Source: Bugula neritina (lineage: Eukaryota; Animalia; Bryozoa). Taken from it: DNA of 64,000 nt. The translations under genes were made by a program, and so were the position numbers. The stretch lies in contig OZ037767.1 of assembly GCA_964035545.1 (NCBI GenBank), positions 21,840,628 through 21,904,627 on the forward strand. The letters run 5' to 3'. The notes beneath the pieces are model-generated. The model made no database searches and was not told the DNA's origin. It saw only the letters and a list, made by a program, of their open reading frames with translations. Below are positions 40,701 through 64,000 of this stretch, piece after piece (the first letter of the stretch is position 1; each line of letters starts with the position of its first letter).

Positions 40701-43700
40701 ATATAGTCTTTGCAAACATGATTTTAGTATTTACCAACATGCAATCAGTTGTTATTAAAAATTACGTTACGGTGTGATTATTGTAGAATGTTAGTAGTAG
40801 AAAGAGAGCCACCTACCACAATATTTGGGAAACCATTTGGCTGGGTACAGCATGGGTCTGACCTAGCTAGAATACAGGTGATTCAAACTTTACATTATAG
40901 TTTTGATGTCTGCACAATGCTGGTTACAACATTATACTAAAATAGGATAAGAAACTTATTAATATGTAAGTCTTTTATAGTATAAATTGTAATATGTTGT
41001 GAAGTCAGAATTTATATTTTAGCATGATAATATATATCTTTTATATAGCAGTTTATTATGTTGTCTATAAATCATACAATTATACAGACCATTATGCAGT
41101 TCATACAGAGTCACTTATATGTATATCTTACACTGCAATTCAACATGCATACATGTAAAAAGAACATGTTAATTTTATATAATATTATATAATATTTTAG
41201 CCTCAGAGTGTTTTTCCAAAACTAATTTATCATTTTGTCATGGAACAATGAACTAAGCGTCTCTGTTGCAGGTTCTGAGAGAGTATGGAGGGATATACCT
41301 AGACAACGATTGTCTTGTAGTAAACGAGTTTGTGGGGCTAAGAAAGCACCACTGTGTTGTCTCCAAATCCTCAGAAGAAAGACATTTAGGTGAGTTGTCT
41401 TCTCTCTTTAATCAAATTATACTACTCCTTATCAAAATAGAGTTAATTTTTTATAAAATAAGAACTTTTTTTATGTATATATATATATTTTAATATGATG
41501 TGTCTTACCGCCTTTTTAACTGATGAAAAAATTTCTATTTCAAACGAAATTATAGCTTTAGGTGCCAAAGATTTTTAAATTATAACAAAGAATGTGCGTC
41601 AAGTCAAGAGGATTCTTGCTATTGGAAAAAAATGCAGCTTGGTGCAACCTATCTCAGGTCAGAATCTAGGCAGCCTAAATGACAATTACCAAAACTGTCT
41701 TCAATTATCCTACCATGGTGGAAGCTACTTTATTAACAGCCCAGATGAAGTATTTATCCAGAGAAGGCAAGATGCAAATTTCTTCAATGTAGGTCATTTT
41801 AAATCGAGAACGAAAAATCTCAAAAGATTGTGAGAGAAGTGCTGTTTGCTGAGAACAATGTGATGTCAGCTCATAGTGTGAAGAGTATATAACATCTGGT
41901 AGATAGAATCCCTTTGGCTACTGATCAGTTCAGCGTGAAGATCAGTATTAAACATACAGAGCGCCTATTCTAACCAATTGCAAACCATCATGTAGTGCAG
42001 CCAAGTGATAATATTATAATAAACGATGAAACTCTAGTACAGATAAAAAGCTTTGTATATATCTTGGAAACGAAAGATGTGATGATACCAGACCAGCTAG
42101 CGAGCTCACCTTTAGAATGGAAAAGGCTAGTGCAGCTTATGGGAAGCTGAAAGAAAAATGCAAAGTATACAAGGCAATAATCTTATCTACTATGCTGTAT
42201 GGGTCGAAAATATTTATAGAGCACAGGTAAAGGATTTAAATGCACGAGCCCCATAAGAGAGATTATGTAAATAACCTGAAAGGATAAAGTGTCAAAGATT
42301 GAAATATTCAGAAGAAGTGGTTCAGCTGCTATGGCAGACAGACACATTGAGCGCAACCTGAGGTGAACTTGTCACGGCCACCTAAACAGCTTATCTGTTC
42401 CCAAATGTGCTCAGGCTTAAAGAGCCAGGATGTTCACGTCTTACGTTTGAAGATGTAGTAAAATTAAATTTGAAGCAGAAAAATTTTAGACTGAATTCTT
42501 GAAAAGCTACAGCTAATGATTGACCTCTCTGGAGAACTACAACCCATGCAGAGACTATATAACCTGCAACAGTCTTCGTGTACCCGAAGGACTGCTTATA
42601 ATGATTGCGCTGGTTGTAAAGCCATGTCTCCTTGCCTTATTAACTCTTGTAACATACTCATTTTCTGCAATCTTTTTTGTTCAAGCTACAAAAAAAGTAT
42701 TCTTAGTTAGTAATTTTCTTACTGAAGTTCCAGTTCAAAGTCCCATAATATCTTCAGCCAAGTTTCACTTGAAAAATGGCACGCTTTATGTTTTGCTGAA
42801 ACTTCTGCAAAAAATGTAGTTTTAATAGATTTCGGTATTCCAAACCTGCCTCCCTGAGCATATATTTTACATTCTAAAACTATGTTCAGATTTGAAAATA
42901 GTTTATTAGTTACACTTAGATAAAATATAAACCAAGACTGAGTTATACCTATGTAGTTTGTTATTAGTATACGCTCCTGTTATATAGGTAACATGGTGCT
43001 AATGGGCACTCCAGACTGTGTGTTCTTAAGGTTATATGAAGAGCTGTACAAATTAGACTATCAAAGAGATTTGTGGTACTTTAATGGAGGGGAGCTGCCA
43101 CAGTACGCCCTCTTAGACCAGTATCCGGGGATAGCAGTCATGGCAGATGAGGGAGTGCAGCAAGGTAAGCCACGCACACTGTAATGTGTAGGCGTAAAAG
43201 TGAGAGCCTGTGAAATGGCGTTGAAATTTAGCAGTTTGGTTGGCAGGACTACTGAGCACATTTTTAATGCCTCTTTATAATCTTTTTATGGTAAAAGACT
43301 TGCACTCAGATCATCTGCGTGTATATATGGGTGCGCGCCTCGCGTGCATGTGTGTATGTAGGTGTGAGTGCGTGTGTGTGTGAGTGCGTGTGTGTGTGAG
43401 TGCGTGTGTGCGTGAGTGCGCGTGCGCGCGCGTGTGTGTGTGTGTGTGTATGTAGGTGTGTGTGTGTTCACTGAGTTTCCATGACTGTGCATTATGTAAG
43501 TAGATGCCTATATGAATTAATTTGTGGTTGCAGTTTACATTAAGTTATGGTTGCGGTTTCGTTGATGTAACTGTTCCCAAAAACCTAATGAAAAATCAAT
43601 TCTCATAAGGCAATGATGGAAACACAGTGATTACCTGATGCATTTGAGGTGTTGAAGATTATCTCTTTGATCTGTCACAAAGCTTTTGACTGTAGTATGC

Positions 43701-44293
43701 CCTATTATGTACCACACACTTTACAATGCATTGTATTATATCATATGCACAGAAACCAAATTTTTTCAATTGCATGATATTGGTGGAGTCTGTTAAAAAT
43801 TGCACAGGTAAGAATGGCACAAATGAAAAAGTAGGTAAAAATAGCGCATTTTCAATAGTTTGGGGTGGGGGGTTAGAGATTTGAGATAGGTGGGGGTTTC
43901 AACTTTGGGTTCGCAGTTAGAGTTTAGAGTTTGGAAAATTTAACATCAGTGTGCCATACTTACCTACTCTTCTATTTGTGCCATTATTACCTATGCTGAT
44001 TTTACCTGTGCCATTTTTGCTGTGCCATTTTCACCTAAAATCAAGATCGTTTCGGGCACTGTCACAGGATATTTATATTTCTAGGTATGATGTATTGGCT
44101 TTGGGGAGTGGATCGAAGTGTAGAAGAAACTCGTAGCAGGTGGAATATTCTGCATCTATTCTACGGTCATAAAGACTACACATACCACGACACAATCAAC
44201 TACAACCACACAAATATAAGAACTATCCATAATACATTTGCCCGTCTTGCTAGGTGGATCTATTATAACCATGAACAACCTTTTGCTGAATAA
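37726..44293 (+). CDS. GT32-type (Gly_transf_sug, DXD motif) alpha-1,4-glycosyltransferase-like type II membrane protein, paralog A, ~359 aa
   Basis: Exons 37726-37905, 39484-39647, 40377-40517, 40787-40877, 41272-41389, 42988-43164, 44085-44293 join in frame (1080 nt). N-terminal TM anchor, IPNIYHYV, SDLARIQVLREYGGIYLDND. Confidence 0.9.
38230..38560 (+). repeat. Two tandem tRNA-like repeat units (family B)
   Basis: 38230-38333 and 38458-38560: leader TGTAGTG(A/T)TGAGTTTACCCAGT, A box TGGT(A/G)TAATGG, B box GGTTCGATTC, then a T run. Confidence 0.75.
41560..42520 (+). mobile_element. Decayed RTE-like LINE 3' fragment in intron 5 of paralog A
   Basis: Broken RT C-terminal motifs such as KASAAYGKL and KVYKAIILSTMLYGS, with many stops and indels. 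Boundaries approximate. Confidence 0.65.
43325..43467. repeat. (GT/GC) compound microsatellite
   Basis: Direct reading. Confidence 0.9.
43790..44040. mobile_element. MITE-like repeat with GGTAAAAATGGCAC subterminal repeats and a GGGTTAG-like core (related copy at ~7170-7320)
   Basis: ggtaagaatggcac/ggtaaaaatagcgc versus gtgccattttt/ttttacctgtgcc inverted arrays around ggggttagag-type repeats. Confidence 0.55.
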
Positions 44294-46672
44294 CATAACC
44301 TCAAGTTCTTGTAAATTTTTATTATATTATTCCTTGTAAATAATGTGGGAACTATTTTGTTTTTATTTTTCACAGACTTGCATTTCAAAGCAGTTAATTA
44401 TATTGTTCCTGTTCGAAGTTAATACATAGTAAATATCATGTTAAGCGTTTTGTGTATTATAGATTTATAGTATGCCAACACTTTACGGTATCCATGGCAG
44501 ATAAACAACTCATCTCATAGAGGCTGTTTAAATTTATAGTATAGAAGCAATATAAAATATTGCATTGGGGATATATATGAAGTTTGTTATAATTGATTTG
44601 AGCACAGTATTTTAAAGCAAATCATTTAGAGAGGTAGAGGCTGTTCTTGCACCAAAAGATTTGTGGTGGTTGTAGTAATGATGTGTTAAAATAGTTGAGT
44701 TTATTTTCTTTATTAGCCTGCTAAGGTTCAATCACATGGAAACAAAATTTTGAACGAAACAGCAGTAAGCATTTTGTTCAGAACCATTCAAACGTTTCAG
44801 CTTCTATTAGCCAGAGAAGTATTTCTAAAGTCAGTGATTGAGCAACAATCATGTCTTGTTATTGGGCGTTCATATCCAATAAATTTTTACAATGCCAAGA
44901 TTTAAAGAATTTCTCTGCTATGTCATTTTGGAACCCGGTAAATTTTTGAAAATGAAAGTATTTAAATATTGGGAGTCGTTGTATCTGTATTTGAATAGTC
45001 AATTTGTTTACATTTGATTTTGAATTTAAATAAGTTTAAATGGTTTGTAGTCAGCTTCAATGACAACATTAATGTGCTGTCTTGAAACTTACACTTTAAA
45101 TTTAAAACATGCATACACTATTTCTAATGCTTCCAACCTTATGAGTGACCACCTTGCTTACGCGGCAGTGAAACTTCTTGATTTTGAAGCTATACACCAA
45201 TGACATCTGTCTAGCTGCATCGAAAACCTACACTGCCTAATCCATAGTTGGAAAACCTTACTCCTGATAACAATTAGGGCTAATTTGCTGTATCATGTTT
45301 TAAGCAAGAAGCTCTCAAGAGTTCAGCTTTAATTCATCTTATCCACAGTTTGATTTATATTTATATCCCATGTCCATTTCTTTGAGTGGAGTAAAGCTCT
45401 AATAGTGCATTCAGACAATCAATAAATAGCATCCCTAATAGCACGATAAATAGAGGTCCTGTTCGCTTAGAGTCACATGGTAAACTTTAGTGTGTTCATC
45501 TGGAAAACTTAGGCATAAGCAGTTTTTTTAATAGTCTGACAATGGCAGGGCTCATTTGTTCAGGTATATGTGTGCCTATGAGAAGCTACAACGTAACCCT
45601 TTGCATTCCTCCAAGAAAGAAAACTACGAGTATTTAGAGAATGACAATTATATTTACAGACTTAGCCTTTGAGAAAAGGCATCTAAGTAAAACAACAGTA
45701 CAAGACCAGAACCATACATGCATGAGTAGCAATATATTAACTAAATGTTACTGAGCGCATGAATTGTCCTGCTTACATAGGAAGCTGAATCCTAGTTCTG
45801 GTCTCCCTACATATGACTACCTGCAGAGGAGGCGCCATGTCGCCTAGAAAAGTTTTCGAAATCTCAGAATGCCATCATACAGCACGCATGTGAGCGTCAT
45901 AGTTAAAAAAAGAAAGTGTAGCTAGTGCACTTGTAGTACAGTCAGTTGAGTAGACTACGGTCCATATTGTGACAAAAGTAGGGAGTAGCATGAGGTATAC
46001 CACGGCCATTGCAGTATTCACTTTACAAGCATCTAAAGATTACCTATTTTTTGTGGCTCAACTTAAAAAATTCGAATTAAAGTTTCATCCAATAATTTGT
46101 TTCATTTTTATTCTAGCATTCAAATTTTCCTCAAGCACTGAGACAACTTTTGTATTTTCTCAAACTGACTAAGTCATACTCACAATAGCTTACAATGTAA
46201 GAATAGTTATTCTATCCAATAATTTGTCTTGCTATGCAAACAGTTCAGCTTGAGTGTCATACTCTATATGCATGGAGAAGTGATGCAAGCAGGAAAACTT
46301 AAAAAATGGTTTATAGTATTTGATACTAAAATCATTATGCTGTTGCTGCACTTACGTTATAAAAGTAGTGTTACCATGTATGTTTACACTAAGCCGATGC
46401 TCACTGAGATCAGTGTGTTGGTTTAATATGTTGCAAACATTATATTTTTTTTATAGAAAGCACAGCTGTAAGGTATAATAAAAAGCAGTTGCAAAATGCT
46501 AGCATATAATACAGCTCACAAAATAATCTACACACTATACACTAATTCCTTAATTTGAACAAAGGGATTATTAAATGCTGTAAGATGAAAGTTTGTTAAA
46601 CATAAAGCAAAAGAGTTGCTTTTTATCCACAATAAACAGTATAATTAATATTTACAAACATGTGCTACTAAT

Positions 46673-59340
<12,668 letters not shown>

Positions 59341-61339
59341 GACTGATGAAATCTGTAGCAATGGGGTTTAGCTGAAATCTGAGAGATTAAATAGCATAGC
59401 TGCATGTACATAAAAGTAACATTATTGGCATAAGATGATATTATAATTATTGCATTATTGCTATAGTTTTAAATGTAGCAGCAGCAGCAAAAAGGTATCG
59501 CATCTAAAATGTGAAAGAAAGTGAAAGAATCGTCAGGTGCAGTGTAATGCAAAAAAACGTTTCTGATGAGTATACTTAGTGAGTGTGAGAAACTAGCAAA
59601 ATTCAGGCTGCAGAGGAATGGTGTCAATTGATTGAAATGAGCGTGTAGAAATAGAAAAATGGAACTATCAAATTATATTAGGAGAACACGCATGCATTAA
59701 TGTAGGCACTAAACTGAATAAATTTTAAATGGATCAAATCTCAAGAGAACATAAGACTGGAAAAGTGATAGATATACCTGATTGGTAGTGCGAAAAGGCT
59801 TTACATGATCAGCACATTTAAAAGTGAAAGAGATGAAATTATGTCCATATAGAACTAGCTTAAATCTAGTTGATTTTAAAAACAGAATGTAATACCTTGA
59901 CAGCTTCCTGTTTAAACACTTTTTATTAAAAAATGACGGGTGTTGCCATAATACAAACACAGCTAACGAAGAAGTTGGGTGTGTACATTATATGTATGAT
60001 CGGCGAATAAAAAAGTAAAACTAATTTTGCCATAAGTGAAGTTGTATCTGATTTAGAGACTTAATTTGTTTTATTTGTCAGCATAATATCTTGTCAATTA
60101 ACAATTTTTTTCATTTTCGTACTTATATCTTTTTTATTTTTTCAGCATAAGATTCAGAAGATTGATTTGGTAAAAATTTGCTCACAGTAGTTTTAACCCC
60201 ATCACGGGTCTCTATTTGAATGAATAGCTTTGATGTGAAAATTAGAGCACCAACAAAATGGTTTAATTTGTCAAGATGCAAAGTCAGTGTACTCCAATAG
60301 TTACCAACCTACCAGCCTACCTGACCCAGGTCTACTCTCTAAAGACAGCATTTTATCTTTAAAACTGTTAACCCATTTAAAAACTCTGTTTTGGTTTAAA
60401 CAACTGCATGTCACCATATTAGGCTTTCATTTTCCTATAAATTTTACTTGATCAGACTCCCTCATTTAACAAAAAATTTAATACAGCTTTTTGTTCAACA
60501 TGCAAGCGAAGTTCTAGTGTGGCTGCCATATGAATACACTCACAATCAAAAAAGTATTCCCTCAAACTATTGAGGTGATTACTGTTTAAAAACAACCTCT
60601 GAAACAACATAATATTAAAAGATTAGGCATGTTTATAAGTTACAGTTGTATTTTGTTTAATAAAAAAACTTATCTTTACTTTTTGAATTGCCCTCGTATA
60701 TGATGTAAGGTACGAAACTGCACGTGGTGCAATTACTTGTTGGATGTTGGAAACTAGCAAAAATATGTAAATAAAAGGCATTACCATAAGTGGCAATATA
60801 AGTTCCGCTCATATCTTTAAAAAAGTGATCTCTCCTATCTTAGTGGACCTAGGCCAAGAATAGAAATTTACACTATCAATTTTAAAATGTTGTGATAGAA
60901 CCAATACTAACTAAGTTTTTTAAAACTTCTTTCATAATTGTTGAAAAATTATTTCATTAAATGCTATGCTACTAGATCTAGCTGTTGACTGAACAGAGCT
61001 ACACAAAATTGATTAAATTTATTTCATTTACACGTTAATTAAACATTACATAGAATTCTCGACTCAAAGTGGTAAACTATTCATTAAATTAATAAAACAT
61101 TAAAACCTCTGATTGGTTTTGTCAAGTGAGTATTGCATTTATTCTCTGTTTTGCTTATGTTACATGGGTAACAATTAAAACGTTTGTACACCTACTTGTG
61201 TGTAGATCAACGTAATAGACTTATGGTATGAGTCCATGAGTGCTGCCAAAAAATTAGACATAGGAGAAAAATTTAGCTGTATTTATTTCACTTACGATTA
61301 TTATATTTTATAAAGATGAGTGACTTATATAGTCAATAA

Positions 61340-63383
61340 TATTCCAAAGGTCCATTGCTCCGAAGGTGCATTATTCCGAAAGTGCATTAGTCCGAACATG
61401 TGCTGGTCCGAAAATTAGTAGACACAGAATTATATCACTTAATATCATAAATTTCACTCACAATATTGCTATATTGTTGCTAGCTGCGAGTGGCATGCGT
61501 GTTGCCTATCTGTGATTGTTTAGCCTGAGGTTACTTTATGAGACTGCCTATACATGCCATTGTGTCTGTTCCTTATAAACTAACTATGCAGCAAGCTATT
61601 CACCAGCCTGTCAGCTAGCAAGCCTATAATCAGTCTATTATATGCATCAGTATCTTCTCATCTTTAAGTGTTCACTGGAGCATGCATGAAGTGCTGCGCA
61701 ATGGTGATTAGTTAAAAAAAAATTAATTTTCAGTGTATGAATCACTTATGTATAGAGAATCTGTAAAAGCTATTGAAGATTTCAAAAAAATTGCTCTGAG
61801 CGACAGAGATATCTACAAAATAGTTTTTTAATTTTAGTTTATAGATGAGGTTTTATTTGGCAGGACTGAATTCTTATATATTATATATACTAGTAATGCA
61901 GCCTCAGCAAGACAGTTACAGTTACAAGGTTGCCCTTATCTGCATAATATCTTGTGGAGTTGTTTGGTTTGATGCACGGTGTGCAGCTTTGGTTATTTAA
62001 TTTTAAAATAGTGTCCAAGATGTTGATAGTTTGTTTGTCTTCAACGCTTATATTTACAGATACATATATTATTAAGAATAATATCATAGAATAATGTAGT
62101 TTAGCAGCTTACAGATAATTTTAGAGATTAAATGTGATATCAAATAAGTAACTGCCAAGTCAGAAATTCACTATTGCATTAAATACCAATACTTTTTTGT
62201 CGCTAACTTCAAATGCAACCTGTGTTTTATAAACTATGAGGTAAACTTTTATCAAGCTTATTATAAATACAGTACAGTAGACACAAAAGGTTTACTTGGC
62301 TTTAGTGCTTTTAATCTAGTTTTTCAATTTATAAATAGTCAACATGAAGGGTCTATATAAGCTGACTGCATGACTGTAGCTATAATGGAATTGCAGTCCT
62401 TAACTGTCATTTTTATATTAAACTGTGAACTAAAAATACTAATTAAATGCTAGTAAATGATATAAAAATGGCCAAAAACCAATATATCCGAGTAGCATTT
62501 AGGAAAATAATTGAAGCCAACAATTTCTAAAAGTTGAATGTTAAAGGGGTATAATAAGATATTGTGTGTAAGCCTTTTTCTATTGTGCCTAATATTTTCC
62601 AAATGTTCTGCAAATAATAAACAAACTGATAAAAAAGTTACAATTAACCTGTTGCATTGAAGCACAAATTAAATAAATAATAAATTTTAGGAATGATATA
62701 ATAATTTATAATGATTTTTTCAAATTATATTTAGCAAACATCAGTGTATCCTATATACAAAGTTGACTTTTATTGTAATGTAACAAGCACTGCTACCGCA
62801 GGAAAGCTTCAAATAAAACTATTGAGGTCAATGTAACAGTTGGGTGATTATCAATATCTAAACTTCATGCTATAGTCATGTAATTTGACTACCCAACTAA
62901 AATAGTGTAAAGCAAGTACAGAAAAATTTCAACAGTATGTTGTTAACTTTGTTCACCATTTCTTATTATTTTCATTGGATTTGTTGTGAATAAAAATTGA
63001 TGTACCATATATATGCTACAGGGTTTCATATTTAGTAGCACAAGCAAGCCGCAAGCATTTCTTATTATATCTTTTATTTTAAAGTTTATGTTGAAGTGAC
63101 AGAAGACAGAAATTTTAGCTATTATACTGTCAGTCAAATAAGATATTCTTATAATGAATAGGTTGCTGTGTACTTTGTTTATGGAGCAACCACAACGAAA
63201 TTGTGATAGATGATCTAGCTCTATAATTGAGGCAGCCTCATAAAGTAATCTCAGGCTAAACAATCACAAGTAGGCAATAGCAACTAGGAACAATATAGCA
63301 ATATATTGTGAGTGAAATTCGTGATATTCTCAGTGATATAATTCTGTATCTGCTAATTTTCTGACTAATGCACCTTCGGAACA

Positions 63384-63385
<2 letters not shown>
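61340..63385. mobile_element. Possible decayed DNA transposon (MULE-like) with 15-bp subterminal repeats
   Basis: Tandem tccgaaggtgcatta units at 61340-61412 are mirrored by gactaatgcaccttcggaacaat at 63363-63385. The minus-strand peptide SINKVHSNLF weakly recalls the HPN[I/L]F segment of MULE transposases. Confidence 0.4.
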
Positions 63386-63765
<380 letters not shown>

Positions 63766-64000
63766 TAGTATAGTGCATGCATGTCCAAAATACTTTTGGA
63801 TTTCTAAGCTCTCAGTGCACACGTTGTTCAGCCATGACCAATATATCTTAGGATATAATTAATTTTTTGTATTGACAATTGATAAAGAAGCATTCAACTA
63901 CAAAATTGTTCACATGTAAAATGAGAACTTAATTTCTGCGACAAGATATGTGACTAGCACGAAGCAAACGAACTAGTTGTGACTAGAGACTGCTACAATA

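Overview
AT-rich, intron-dense eukaryotic DNA, probably from an invertebrate animal (the taxon cannot be fixed from the sequence). I reconstructed five intact multi-exon genes by hand from splice sites and reading frame. (1) An EAAT2-like SLC1 glutamate transporter (+, 2526-11577) with one GC-AG intron. (2) An SH3BGR-family gene with a long acidic, repeat-containing tail (-, 19848-13575). (3) A lebercilin (LCA5/LCA5L)-like coiled-coil gene (+, 21604-33416), head-to-head with gene 2, the same neighbour pairing seen in human. (4, 5) Two convergent paralogous GT32/alpha-1,4-glycosyltransferase-like genes (+, 37726-44293; -, 59340-46673). Intron 4 of the second paralog holds a defective Ty3/Gypsy LTR retrotransposon (49489-55860) inserted into a tRNA-like repeat with a 5-bp TSD. 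The element has two unusual properties: an extra 3' ORF in the env position (C2H2-like zinc fingers, Pro-rich linker, coiled coil, candidate subgenomic splice sites), and a 5' end extended about 150 bp beyond the LTR that includes a second PPT. The rest is SINEs, MITEs, a nested hAT element, a LINE remnant and micro/minisatellites, one of which is made of consensus splice donors.
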